In this document: positions 16,939 through 26,878 of the stretch, piece after piece
Numbering within the stretch: the first letter of the stretch is position 1
Layout: every line of letters starts with the position of its first letter
Assembly: GCA_046330175.1 (NCBI GenBank)
Contig: JAXLTG010000001.1
Span: 723,599 to 787,598, forward strand
From: Fimbriimonadales bacterium
Lineage (GTDB): Bacteria > Armatimonadota > Fimbriimonadia > Fimbriimonadales > ATM1
DNA: 64,000 nt
Reading direction: 5' to 3'
Notes under the pieces: model-generated
The model's database searches: none
Seen by the model: only the letters and a program-made list of their open reading frames with translations
What the model was told of the DNA's origin: nothing
Made by a program: the position numbers and the translations under genes

Positions 16939-18387
16939 GTGTTCGAGTCATTTCAATCGTTTATCGCGGCTCTGCGTGAGTCCGGCGAACTTCGTGAAAT
17001 CTCCGAGCCACTCGATCCCAGATTAGAGATCACCGAAGTCGCGGATCGGTGCATGAAAATGCCGGGTGGCGGCCCGGCGCTGCTCATTCAGAATCCCAAA
17101 GGGTTTGACATTCCCGTCGCCATCAATTGTTTTGGTTCGAAGCGACGCATGGCGATGGCGCTGGGAGTTTCGGATGTTGAACAGATCGCGGCGGAGATCG
17201 GCGACCTCATCAAGTCTGAAATTCCGCGAAGCCTCTCAGAAAAAGTTGGGATGCTGAAGAAGTTGATGGGTGTTGCGAAAGCGGCGCCGAAAACCGTGAG
17301 CAGCGGCGATTGTCAGCAAGTCGTGATGATGGGCGACGAAGTTGACCTGACTAAGCTGCCGATTCTCACTTGTTGGCCGCAGGATGGAGGCCCGTTCATC
17401 ACTCTTCCGCTTGTGTTCACGCACGATCCTCGGACGGGCAAGCGCAACGTCGGGATGTATCGGATTCAGATTTACGATAAGCGCACCACCGGGATGCATT
17501 GGCAGATGCACAAAACCGGAGCCGAGCATGAGAGGCTAGCGCGAGAATCGCATGAGAAGATCCAGGCATGCGTTGTGTTGGGTGGCGATCCGGCGATAAC
17601 GTTTTCTGCGATCGCTCCTCTGCCGCCAGGGATTGACGAGATGATGTTTGCCGGTTTCCTTCGAAAGCAGGGTGTTTCGATGGTCAAGGCGAAAACCGCA
17701 GACATCTTGGTGCCTGCGGATGCTGAGATCGTGATTGAGGGGGAGATTGATCCAACTGAGCGGCGCATCGAAGGGCCTTTCGGCGATCACACGGGTTACT
17801 ATTCGATGCCGGAGCCGTTTCCGGTGTTTCATGTGAAGTGCGTGACGATGCGCTCGAGACCTGTTTATCCGGCGACGATTGTTGGTATTCCGCCGATGGA
17901 AGACGCATATCTTGGAAAAGCGGTTGAACGTGTGTTTTTGCCGCTGGTCAAGCTGATGGTCCCGGAGATGGTGGACATGAACTTGCCAGTTGACGCATGC
18001 TTCCACAACATGGCATTTGTGAGCATTCGGAAACGATATCCAGGTCATGCATTCAAGGTGATGAATGCGCTGTGGGGATTGGGCCAGTTAATGTTCACAA
18101 AGTTCATCTTTGTGTTTGAGCACGATGTGGATGTGCAAGATATGCGCGACGTTATTTTCAGAATCGGGGCCAATTGCGACCCTTCGCGGGACACTTTGAT
18201 CGTTAAGGGGCCGCTGGATCACTTGGATCATGCTGCGCCAGAGATCGGTTTCGGTGGGAAGATTGGATTTGATTGCACGCACAAAATTGCCGCCGAAGGT
18301 TACAACCGTGAGTGGCCTCCGCTGATTACGATGTCGGAAGATGTCAAGCGCCGAGTGGACGCCGTCTGGCCGAAGTTAGGCTTGTAG
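16939..18387 (+). CDS. UbiD-family decarboxylase (menaquinone / ubiquinone biosynthesis decarboxylase-like).
   Basis: N-terminus FQSFIAALRESGELREISEPLDP, PGGGPALLIQNPKG, and a family-wide match through the C-terminus. GTG start. Confidence 0.85.
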   Translation: MFESFQSFIAALRESGELREISEPLDPRLEITEVADRCMKMPGGGPALLIQNPKGFDIPVAINCFGSKRRMAMALGVSDVEQIAAEIGDLIKSEIPRSLSEKVGMLKKLMGVAKAAPKTVSSGDCQQVVMMGDEVDLTKLPILTCWPQDGGPFITLPLVFTHDPRTGKRNVGMYRIQIYDKRTTGMHWQMHKTGAEHERLARESHEKIQACVVLGGDPAITFSAIAPLPPGIDEMMFAGFLRKQGVSMVKAKTADILVPADAEIVIEGEIDPTERRIEGPFGDHTGYYSMPEPFPVFHVKCVTMRSRPVYPATIVGIPPMEDAYLGKAVERVFLPLVKLMVPEMVDMNLPVDACFHNMAFVSIRKRYPGHAFKVMNALWGLGQLMFTKFIFVFEHDVDVQDMRDVIFRIGANCDPSRDTLIVKGPLDHLDHAAPEIGFGGKIGFDCTHKIAAEGYNREWPPLITMSEDVKRRVDAVWPKLGL

Positions 18388-20187
18388 TTACCTTTCGAGA
18401 GATTCGAGAAACTTTTGGAGTTTTTCGCGAGCATCTGTGTCGCCCGTCTTCTCCATAGCTTTTTTCGCAGTCGCGCGGGCGTTTGCGGGGTCGTCGTTTG
18501 CGGCATAAGCAATTGCGAGGGCGAATAGGTGCGCTCCAGTCGCGGCTTTCCGATCTTCGCATGCTTTGCGTGCAGCTGCGAGCGCCTCGGCCGGGTTATG
18601 CAACTTGGATTCCGGATTGCACAGCGCGGAAACGAGCAACTGAAGACTCAGTGGGTCGCCGTACTTTGTGCCAGTGTCGGCGGCCGTCTTGAAAAGCTCC
18701 CACTGTTCCAACTTTGCGAGTTTGTCTGCCGCTAAGCCGAGCAGCGACGCGTATCTTGCATCAGCACCGCAGATGCGGGTGTAGCGATTCACCGCCGCTT
18801 CTGGATTGTTGGAGGAAAGCTCGAAGGCTGCGATTCTCATTTGCAGTTCGAGGTTTGTGGGATTCATCTGTTCAGCCTTTGCGTAGGCTGTTTGAGCTTC
18901 AGAAATCTTTCGGTTCCTTCCAAGTGATTCGGCCAACATGAGCTGCGCTGGCCAAGACGTATTTTGCTGTGCCGTCGTCACTCGGAACATCTGCTCTTCG
19001 CTCACATAGTCTGAGGCTCGCGAGAAGGTGACCGCGAAGAGTGGGGCAACGACAGCGAGCATCGGGATCAGCAGACTCGGCGATGCGTTTGATTTTGCGC
19101 TTAGCGTTTCGACGAGGCGCCCGAAGAGCCATGCAACCAGCGCGCAAAACGGCAAAAGCGAAAAGTACGCGAAGTGATCCGTCACAAACGTGTAGCGGTG
19201 GATGTCAACGTCGAGGAAACCGATGACAGGGAGCATTCCCGCGAAAAAACCCGATACGCCGAAGGCGACTTGCGGATGATGCTTGGCCCTTATCGTCGCA
19301 ACGAGGACGATAGCAAGCGATAGAATTAGAAGGGTGACTCCCGCGAATCGCAGGGACGCCAAATCCCATCTTGGGTAAATGAATGAGAGGTTGGCTGGCA
19401 CGACCATTTTGGAGCCGTAGAACCACGGTGCTAATCCTGCGAGCGTGAGCCGATCCATTACCGGCAACGGTTCAAGCGGCGGCAGTTTGTTGACGCCCAG
19501 CTCTAACCAGACCGTGAGCGCCGATGACGCGACGGACAAACCGAAAAATGGCAGTACACACCATTTCTTCCAACGGGTTAGTGGAATCAACGCGAGTGGC
19601 AGGGCGACGACAGCAGACTTGCTGAGCAATGCCAGCGCGAAAAACAGCAGTGAAACCCAGAAATCTCTGTTGGAGCTCTCGGCTTGGGACTTGACGAACC
19701 AAATTACCGATAACAAGGCGAAGGAACAGGCAAGCAGATTCTTTCGCTCGCACATCCATGCGACAGACTCCACGGCGAGTGGATGGAAAGCGAAGATTAG
19801 CGCTGCGACGATGGCGAACTTGAACTTTAGCCGCTGCAGCAACACGAGGAGGAGGACGGAGTTCATGGCGTGCAGCAATACGTTTACAATGTGGTGCGAA
19901 GCTGTGCCGTCACCAAACAGTTGAGCCTCTATCCACCACGTTGTGTCGGTGAGGGGGTAGTACTGAACGCTGTTTCGAAGGTTGAACCAGATGTTTTTGA
20001 GAGCGTCGGTTCCATGTGAGCCTGGATGGCCGTAGATAAGGCCAAAGTCATCCCAGATTGGCGTGCCCGTTAGCGCCGGGAGGTACGCGAGCAGCAGCGC
20101 CAATGCTAACAAAGAGTAAAAGATTGCGAGTTTGCGAAAACTCCAGACTCCGCTTTCGCTCACGCTTGAATCCTCCCCTCGTTTCAT
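18388..20187 (-). CDS. Polytopic membrane protein resembling GT-C (PMT/ArnT-like) glycosyltransferases. It has a C-terminal TPR domain.
   Basis: Roughly 10 predicted TM helices in the N-terminal 400 aa, followed by TPR-like repeats (AYAKAEQMNPTNLELQMRIAAFELSSNNPEAAVNRY...). This architecture is common for O-mannosyltransferase-like TPR proteins. Confidence 0.5.
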   Translation of the reverse strand: MKRGEDSSVSESGVWSFRKLAIFYSLLALALLLAYLPALTGTPIWDDFGLIYGHPGSHGTDALKNIWFNLRNSVQYYPLTDTTWWIEAQLFGDGTASHHIVNVLLHAMNSVLLLVLLQRLKFKFAIVAALIFAFHPLAVESVAWMCERKNLLACSFALLSVIWFVKSQAESSNRDFWVSLLFFALALLSKSAVVALPLALIPLTRWKKWCVLPFFGLSVASSALTVWLELGVNKLPPLEPLPVMDRLTLAGLAPWFYGSKMVVPANLSFIYPRWDLASLRFAGVTLLILSLAIVLVATIRAKHHPQVAFGVSGFFAGMLPVIGFLDVDIHRYTFVTDHFAYFSLLPFCALVAWLFGRLVETLSAKSNASPSLLIPMLAVVAPLFAVTFSRASDYVSEEQMFRVTTAQQNTSWPAQLMLAESLGRNRKISEAQTAYAKAEQMNPTNLELQMRIAAFELSSNNPEAAVNRYTRICGADARYASLLGLAADKLAKLEQWELFKTAADTGTKYGDPLSLQLLVSALCNPESKLHNPAEALAAARKACEDRKAATGAHLFALAIAYAANDDPANARATAKKAMEKTGDTDAREKLQKFLESLER

Positions 20188-20202
20188 AGTTTTGCGCTCT
20201 AA

Positions 20203-20724
20203 TTACGGGCGTGAGAACTCTTGGGGGAGTATGCGGAAGAACTCGAGCTCATGTTCGTGAAATTCGGTCGTTTGGCCCTGGTGTTTCAATCCAATTTTGT
20301 TGCACACGCGCAACGACGCTGCGTTCCACGGGAACACGATTGCGTATATCGCATCGAGGCCGACGGTTTCAAAACCGTGCCGAACTGCGGCTTCACCGAA
20401 TTCTGTTGCGTATCCGTTGCCCCAATCGCTCATACCGACGTGCCAACCAACTTCAATGAGTTCGGAGTTGGGAAGTGGTTTTAGCAAACAGGTTGCGACC
20501 ACCCGCGATTCTGATTTGAGTTCTACAGCCCACACGCCAAGTCTATCAAGGTGTGACCATCGTTGGCGGATGTTTGCCAATCGTTCTCGCATCTCCATTA
20601 CGCTCGTTGGTTCGGTTCCCATGATCCCTTTGTTGACTTCGGGTTCGGAGTAAATGCGATATGCATCTTCGGCGTCGTCGTCTCGCCACTCCCGCACTAT
20701 GAGGCGGTCGGTTTCAAATATCAT
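20203..20724 (-). CDS. GNAT family N-acetyltransferase (RimJ/RimL-like).
   Basis: MIFETDRLIVREWRDDDAEDAYRIYSEPEV...GYATEFGEAAVRHGFETVGLDAIYAIVFPWNAASLRVCNKIGL. Start is trimmed to the internal Met. Confidence 0.8.
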   Translation of the reverse strand: MIFETDRLIVREWRDDDAEDAYRIYSEPEVNKGIMGTEPTSVMEMRERLANIRQRWSHLDRLGVWAVELKSESRVVATCLLKPLPNSELIEVGWHVGMSDWGNGYATEFGEAAVRHGFETVGLDAIYAIVFPWNAASLRVCNKIGLKHQGQTTEFHEHELEFFRILPQEFSRP

Positions 20725-20761
20725 TCCAAAAGTGTAACACATCGTGCGGTAGAATCGGCGA

Positions 20762-21949
20762 ATGCCCAGTCGTTCGAAACGAATTGACACGATTCCTCCC
20801 TATCTGTTTGCTGAAATCGCCCGCGTGAAGGCCGAAATGCGCGCCAAAGGCGAAGACATTATTGACCTGGGAATCGGCGATCCTGACCAGCCTACGCCAG
20901 CGGCGATCGTAGAGGCTGCGCAGCGGGCAGTCCAAAAACCGGAGACTCATTGTTATGATGAGTCTGCACGTGGATATGTGCCTTTTCTTAATTCTGCGGC
21001 GAAATGGTATCAGAAGAATTTTGGTGTTGAAATTGATCCATCAACAGAAATGCTTGAGGTCATCGGCAGCAAAGAGGGGCTCGCCCATTTGGTGTGGGCG
21101 TTCGCCGATCCGGGTGATGCGGTGATCGTTCCCGATCCCGGTTATCCCGTGTATCGGATTCAGGCCGCGATGTGTGGCGCGGAAGTGTACGATGCGAAAC
21201 TCACTGAAGAGAACGGGTTTTTGCCGAAGCTGGAAGATATCCCGACGGATGTTGCCAAACGCGCGAAGTTGTTTTTCACCTGCTATCCGGGGAACCCGAC
21301 TGGGGCCGTCGCGCCGATTTCGTTTTATGAAGATGCAGTTCGATTCTGCAAAGATCACGACATCATTTTGGTCGGTGACTTAGCGTACGCGATGGTGACA
21401 TACGATGGGTACAGGTGCCCGTCTCCACTGCAGGTGGACGGCTCGAAAGATTGCGTCATCGAATTCCATTCGCTAAGCAAGCCGTTCAACATGACTGGAT
21501 GGCGCATCGGCTTCGCTTGTGGCAACACGGATGCAATCGCCGCGTTGAGCAGGCTGAAGGACAACATTGACAGCAAACAGTTCGCCGCGATTGCCGACAC
21601 GGGAGCGTGGGCGCTCGAAAACGGAGACAACAGTGCAACGATGGCGCTGTACAAGAAGCGACGAGATGTGTTAGTGTCCACATTGAACGGCGCTGGCTGG
21701 AAAGTGCGGAGCCCTGAAGCAACGTTTTACATTTGGGCGCGTGTGCCGACGAATGAAACGAGCGCGGAGTTTTCGAAACGTTTGCTCGAACAAGCGAAAG
21801 TTTTGGTGATTCCTGGGAATGGATATGGACCTGGCGGCGAAGGTTTCGTGCGAATGAGCCTGACGGTGAATGGAGACGTAGATGGGGAACGAGTTGCCGA
21901 AGCCGCGAAGCGGATGGCGGCGGTTGCGCTCGGCTCGACGGTTGGTTAG
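20762..21949 (+). CDS. Class I aminotransferase, most like LL-diaminopimelate aminotransferase (DapL).
   Basis: IPPYLFAEIARVKAEMRAKGEDIIDLGIGDPDQPTP N-terminal signature. PLP-Lys region SLSKPFNMTGWRIGF. Confidence 0.7.
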   Translation: MPSRSKRIDTIPPYLFAEIARVKAEMRAKGEDIIDLGIGDPDQPTPAAIVEAAQRAVQKPETHCYDESARGYVPFLNSAAKWYQKNFGVEIDPSTEMLEVIGSKEGLAHLVWAFADPGDAVIVPDPGYPVYRIQAAMCGAEVYDAKLTEENGFLPKLEDIPTDVAKRAKLFFTCYPGNPTGAVAPISFYEDAVRFCKDHDIILVGDLAYAMVTYDGYRCPSPLQVDGSKDCVIEFHSLSKPFNMTGWRIGFACGNTDAIAALSRLKDNIDSKQFAAIADTGAWALENGDNSATMALYKKRRDVLVSTLNGAGWKVRSPEATFYIWARVPTNETSAEFSKRLLEQAKVLVIPGNGYGPGGEGFVRMSLTVNGDVDGERVAEAAKRMAAVALGSTVG

Positions 21950-22935
21950 AAAGTTAGCTCAAAGTACACGTTCTTTAGATCCTGAAACGTCCGCTCCGTA
22001 CGGATTGGCGCTCCTGGAACCATCCAGCCCGACGGACTCGCGAGTTGCTTTCTCTCGTCCGCGCTAAATGGAGGGTTTTGCTTAAACCTTCGGAGGCGCT
22101 CTTTGACTTCGAGCTGCATCATTTGGGCAGAAGCCAGCACCGTGAAGAACCTTCCATAAACATTCGTGTTGGACTCGATTCTTTTCTTGAGTTTGGCTAA
22201 GGCGTTTTCGAAATCGGTGGCTGCTGGCCCGAGTTTCGCGGCGAGTTCTGCTTCGGGCGTCTCAATAGCAACTGTTGCTGCGACAGTCGCCTTGTCGTAC
22301 ATGGTGCGAACGAGTAGCTCAATCTCGTCGTCTTGGTTGGATGCGTCGTTTAGCTTCTGCTTGTGCCAAATCATCAGCAGTCTGTCAATTTCTGCTAACA
22401 GCGGCGCACAATCAGATTTCAGCTCGCTGAAGGCGTTGATGAGTTTTCTGTGCATGGCGATGCCTTCGCGCATGCCGTCTTTGCGATAAAGGTTGTTCTT
22501 GTAGTAGGCCGCCGCGCTGTCTATGATTGGTTCATTTGTGTTCAGTGACTCGGACAGCTTGCGGGCGAGGTTGATGAGCGCTTTCTCCTCCGGCTTCCGC
22601 GACTCAGAGAGTTTTATGGCCGCCTCCATCCGAGATTGTGCATTTACGAGATCGAGAAGCCCCGCTGGTTGTTTTGCGCTTGGTGAGGGACCGAGTTTAG
22701 GATTAGCCCATTCCAAGTACTTGCGTTCGCTGTCCCTGACTCGTCGATCCACGAACGATGTGATGGCGCGCAAGGGTTGGACTTTTGCCATGATTGCGGC
22801 GGCATCGGAAGTATCGGGCGGCGGATTGTTTCCGACCGGTGACGGTCTTTGGTCGGAAGAGCTGTTTGCCCGAGAGCCCGAATCAGCGCACCCCGCGATG
22901 ATCGTCAAGAGGATCAGCAGCAACCAGGTGTTTCG
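21946..22935 (-). CDS. Putative lipoprotein (DUF3829-like).
   Basis: Lipobox LLTIIAGCADSG after MRNTWLLLILL. Helical K/E/A-rich mature protein. Start is assigned to the internal Met. Confidence 0.45.
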   Translation of the reverse strand, partial: RNTWLLLILLTIIAGCADSGSRANSSSDQRPSPVGNNPPPDTSDAAAIMAKVQPLRAITSFVDRRVRDSERKYLEWANPKLGPSPSAKQPAGLLDLVNAQSRMEAAIKLSESRKPEEKALINLARKLSESLNTNEPIIDSAAAYYKNNLYRKDGMREGIAMHRKLINAFSELKSDCAPLLAEIDRLLMIWHKQKLNDASNQDDEIELLVRTMYDKATVAATVAIETPEAELAAKLGPAATDFENALAKLKKRIESNTNVYGRFFTVLASAQMMQLEVKERLRRFKQNPPFSADERKQLASPSGWMVPGAPIRTERTFQDLKNVYFELTF

Positions 22936-22998
22936 CATGAAGTTTGAATTTTGGCTTATTTTGGGTCGGGCGACGAACCGTTCGGTTAGAATGGCGCC

Positions 22999-24252
22999 GT
23001 GACTTTTGAGGGGGCCGTTCAATATCTGGGGACGCTTCGGTCGCGAGGTTGGCGACTGGGTCTCGACCGTATGGAGCAGTTTCTCGAGAGGTTAGACAAC
23101 CCTCACCTCGCTGGGACGAAGTTTTTGCACGTCGCAGGAACGAACGGCAAGGGAACAACCACACGGTTCATTGAGTGCATTTTGAATGCTGCAGGATACG
23201 AAGCAGGTGGCTACTACTCGCCCTATGTTTACAATATTCGCGAGCGAATAAGCGTCCGAACAGAGATGGTTAGTGAGGAGATGTTTGCGGCTGCGGCTAC
23301 TGCGGTGAAGAGGGCAGCAGAGCAGATGGAATCAACAGAGTTCGGCGGTCCGACAGAGTTTGAATTCAAGACCGCGATGGCGTTTTGGGTCTACCGCGAA
23401 CTTGGTTTAGAGTTTGTTTCTTTCGAAACGGGCTTGGGCGGAAGACTTGACGCGACAAACGTTGTGGCGCCGGTCGTCAGCGTGATAACCGAAATAGGCT
23501 TGGATCACCAACAGTTTCTGGGCGACACGCTGGAAAAGATTGCTTTCGAAAAGGCGGGGATTATCAAGCCTGGGGTTCCGTGCGTTTCAGGCGTTAGCGA
23601 TCCGCGGGCAGTGGAAGTCATCGGCAACAGGGCAAGAGAGTTGGGATCGCAGTGTTGGCAGTTGGGTGAGCAGTTTGAGTTTGAGGCGGCTACTGATGAG
23701 TTTCGAGTGAGAACGCCTCTGCGGGAGTTTGCCAGCGAACCAATTCATGGCGGCACTTCGATCTCTGCCCGGAACGCGGCCATCGCGGTTGCCGCGATTG
23801 ATGCGGCGGCGATCAGGGTCACGGATGATGAGGTGGAGAGGGGCGTGGCGATGACCGGTTTGCCGGGCAGGTTGGAGAGGGTCCGCAAACAGCCGGAGGT
23901 CATTTTGGACGGCGCTCACAATCCGCAGGCGGCTGGAGCGGTCGCGGCTGTTGTCGGAAGGTGCCACCTGGTTTACTCGTGTGCAACCGGGCATGACCCG
24001 GCGCAGGTGCTTGAGGCGCTCGCTCCGTACATTGAGCGGCTGTACTTGTGCCAAATGGATTCGGACAGAGCTCTTGGCCTTGAGGAGATTGCCTTGGGGG
24101 CGAGGAGGATCGGGCTGGGGTTTTCGGCCCACCGGACCGTTGCCGATGCGGTGGAATTGGCGGTTGCAGAGTGTCAGGTTTCAGGGCGAATCTTGGTCAC
24201 CGGCAGCTTCTATCTGCTAGCCGAAGCCCGGGCGGCCCTTGACCTAATGTGA
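22999..24252 (+). CDS. folC: Bifunctional folylpolyglutamate synthase / dihydrofolate synthase.
   Basis: P-loop HVAGTNGKGTT, Mur-ligase middle domain, and DGAHNPQAAGAV near the C-terminus. Confidence 0.85.
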   Translation: MTFEGAVQYLGTLRSRGWRLGLDRMEQFLERLDNPHLAGTKFLHVAGTNGKGTTTRFIECILNAAGYEAGGYYSPYVYNIRERISVRTEMVSEEMFAAAATAVKRAAEQMESTEFGGPTEFEFKTAMAFWVYRELGLEFVSFETGLGGRLDATNVVAPVVSVITEIGLDHQQFLGDTLEKIAFEKAGIIKPGVPCVSGVSDPRAVEVIGNRARELGSQCWQLGEQFEFEAATDEFRVRTPLREFASEPIHGGTSISARNAAIAVAAIDAAAIRVTDDEVERGVAMTGLPGRLERVRKQPEVILDGAHNPQAAGAVAAVVGRCHLVYSCATGHDPAQVLEALAPYIERLYLCQMDSDRALGLEEIALGARRIGLGFSAHRTVADAVELAVAECQVSGRILVTGSFYLLAEARAALDLM

Positions 24253-24273
24253 AGAATGAAGCATGATAGCAAC

Positions 24274-25884
24274 ATGCAGAGATTTCTTCTGGCCATGCTT
24301 GCGCTCGCCCTCCTGGTCGGGTTGGGTTGTGGCAAAGGCAAGTTCAACAAGACCGCCGAAAACAAGGCCGACCACCAACTGGTTGCGACAATCCCAACAA
24401 ACCTGACGAAGATGGACCCGGCTCAAGTTGAGGACGGGGACTCGATCGAAGTTTTGAACCAAGTTTTCGAGGGGTTAGTTCAATACGACGAGCACAATGA
24501 ACTCGTGAATAACCTTGCTTCGGATTGGACGGTGTCGGGAGATGGGACTACCTACACATTCAAGTTGAAAACGGGTGTCAAATTCCACTCGGGTCGCGAA
24601 ATGACCGCCGAGGATGTGAAATACAGTTGGGACAGAGCCGCGAACAAAAACGTGCTAAGTCCGACGGTTGAAGGCTATATGGCAGACATCGTCGGTTTCA
24701 AAGACTGTTGGGATGGCAAAACGAAAAGCCTCAGCGGAGTCAGGGTGGTTGACGCCAATACAATCGAAGTGAAGATCACGAGCGCAAAAGGGTATTGGCC
24801 GATGTATCTGCAATATCCGTGCTATTTCGTCGTGGATCGAGATGCGGCGGGAATGAAGCCGATCACTTCAGTGAAAGAGATGGTGGGTACCGGCCCGTAT
24901 AAGATGGAATCTTATGTCGAGAATCAGCAGATTGATCTCGTTCGGTTTGATGACTATCACGGCGGCAAGCCGAAGTTGGAACGGGTTACGCGTTTGATTG
25001 CGAAAGACGCTCAAACACGCCGATCGCTGTACGAAAGCGGTCGTGCTGACTGGGTCTCGTTGGAGCGTCAGGATAAGACATATGTGGATGAGCATGCGGA
25101 CCTGAAGGAAGCGCTGACAACAGTTGACCGCGCCGCGATCTGGTACGTCGGATTCGGCCTCACCCAAAACGAGCAGCTTCGTGACCCTCGCGTTCGCAAA
25201 GCGTTTGCAATGGCGATTAACAAGGATCGCATTATCAAGGAAGGATTTGACGGCATCAATGTGAAAGCGAACGGAATCATTCCGCCAAGTGTGCCGGGAT
25301 TTGACTCCGCCTACGGTGGGATCGCTTTCGACCCTGCGGCGGCGAAGAAGTTGTTCGCAGAAGCCGGCTATCCTGATGGCAAAGGGTTCAAGCCTTTGAA
25401 GATGTATTTCCGAGCCGACCGCGCTGACCCAAAAATCGTATCCGAAATGGTTGCGCAGGACTTAGAGCAAAACCTCGGCGTGAAAATTGAGCTTGCGCCC
25501 ACCGAGTGGAAAGCGCTTTTGGAAATGAGGGCAAAGGGAGAGTTGCCGTTCTTCCACCTCAGATGGGGCGCAGACTATCTGGATCCGCAGAACTTCTTGA
25601 CGTTCATGCTGCACACGAACGCGAAGGAGAACAGCTTAGGTTATTCAAACAAGACGTTTGATCAGCTTTGCGAAATGGCTGACAAGTTGCCGCTGTCGCA
25701 AAAAGATCAGCGGCACACGCTTTATCGCCAAGCGCAAAAAATCGCCGTCGAAGAGGATGCAATCTGGATCCCGATCTACTTCCAGCGCGACCTTGAACTA
25801 GTCCGCCCTGGCGTCGAAGGGATTCGGCGTTCTGCCATGGGGCCGCTGCCTCACACCACTGCTGACGTTGTCTGGAACAAGTAG
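24274..25884 (+). CDS. ABC transporter substrate-binding protein, family 5 (peptide/nickel-type, Dpp/Opp-like). A lipoprotein.
   Basis: Signal and lipobox LLVGLGCGKG. Family-5 SBP length of about 535 aa. Motifs such as WDRAANKNV and GTGPYKMESY. Confidence 0.85.
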   Translation: MQRFLLAMLALALLVGLGCGKGKFNKTAENKADHQLVATIPTNLTKMDPAQVEDGDSIEVLNQVFEGLVQYDEHNELVNNLASDWTVSGDGTTYTFKLKTGVKFHSGREMTAEDVKYSWDRAANKNVLSPTVEGYMADIVGFKDCWDGKTKSLSGVRVVDANTIEVKITSAKGYWPMYLQYPCYFVVDRDAAGMKPITSVKEMVGTGPYKMESYVENQQIDLVRFDDYHGGKPKLERVTRLIAKDAQTRRSLYESGRADWVSLERQDKTYVDEHADLKEALTTVDRAAIWYVGFGLTQNEQLRDPRVRKAFAMAINKDRIIKEGFDGINVKANGIIPPSVPGFDSAYGGIAFDPAAAKKLFAEAGYPDGKGFKPLKMYFRADRADPKIVSEMVAQDLEQNLGVKIELAPTEWKALLEMRAKGELPFFHLRWGADYLDPQNFLTFMLHTNAKENSLGYSNKTFDQLCEMADKLPLSQKDQRHTLYRQAQKIAVEEDAIWIPIYFQRDLELVRPGVEGIRRSAMGPLPHTTADVVWNK

Positions 25885-26878
25885 TCCGAGCATCGCTGTA
25901 ATTGATCAGCCCGTGCGCCGGGCCGGTAATCCGGTCTGGCGTCAGGTTTTGTCGCGCCTGCTTTGGTCCATTCCAACTCTCATCTTCATCACGCTTCTCA
26001 CTTTCATTATTGGGGAGCTTGCACCAGGGGATGCGGCGACAGTCATCGCTGGCGAAAAGGGATCCGAAGAGGTCAAAGCGCGAATCCGAGCGGAGATGGG
26101 TTTGAACGACCCGGTTGCGATTCGATATGTGCGCTTTGTGCGCGACGCATGTTCGCTCAATTTTGGAAAGTCGCTTTTTCCTCCGTATGGCGAGGTGAAG
26201 GCCGTGATTTTGGATGGCATGAAGCTGACGGCGTTGCTTGCCGTGCTTGCGATCATCGTCGCTTCAGTCATCGGAATTAGTTTGGGGTTTGTTGCAGGGA
26301 TTTGGCACGGCAAATGGCCCGATAGGTTGGCGACGACGTTTTCAACTCTGGGTGTTTGTATTCCGAACTTCGTTCTCGCGCCGGTGTTCGTTCTCATATT
26401 TGCGCTTAAACTGCAGGTTCTTCCAGACACATGGGTGAACAATCCAGAAGAAGGGGTTTTTTGGTATCTCATTCTTCCGGTTGTGATTTTGGCGATGCGT
26501 CCGGCAGCGGTCATCACACGACTTACGCGGGCGAGCATGATTGACACGCTTGGTCAGGATTTCGTTCGCACGGCCGTCGCAAAAGGTGTGCCGTTCTGGC
26601 GGGTGATGACTAAGCACGCGTTTAGGAACTCACTGGTAACGGTTGTTACGGCGATCGGAACAAGTTTTGGGTTCTTGCTAACCGGGTCATTCATTCTCGA
26701 GACTTATTTTCGAATTCCGGGGTTAGGCTTGAAAAGCATTGATGCGATCTACCAAGGCGATTACCCTGTTATTCAGGCGACCGTTCTTCTTTTCGCCGTG
26801 CTGTTCATTCTTGTAAACCTTGTTGTTGACATCTTGCTGCCTCTGCTCGATCCGCGGATTAGGAGTGGCGCATCATGA
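25868..26878 (+). CDS. ABC transporter permease (DppB/OppB-like).
   Basis: Six TM helices. EAA-like loop region ...TAVAKGVPFWRVMTKHAFRNSLV. Confidence 0.85.
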   Translation: MSGTSSPSIAVIDQPVRRAGNPVWRQVLSRLLWSIPTLIFITLLTFIIGELAPGDAATVIAGEKGSEEVKARIRAEMGLNDPVAIRYVRFVRDACSLNFGKSLFPPYGEVKAVILDGMKLTALLAVLAIIVASVIGISLGFVAGIWHGKWPDRLATTFSTLGVCIPNFVLAPVFVLIFALKLQVLPDTWVNNPEEGVFWYLILPVVILAMRPAAVITRLTRASMIDTLGQDFVRTAVAKGVPFWRVMTKHAFRNSLVTVVTAIGTSFGFLLTGSFILETYFRIPGLGLKSIDAIYQGDYPVIQATVLLFAVLFILVNLVVDILLPLLDPRIRSGAS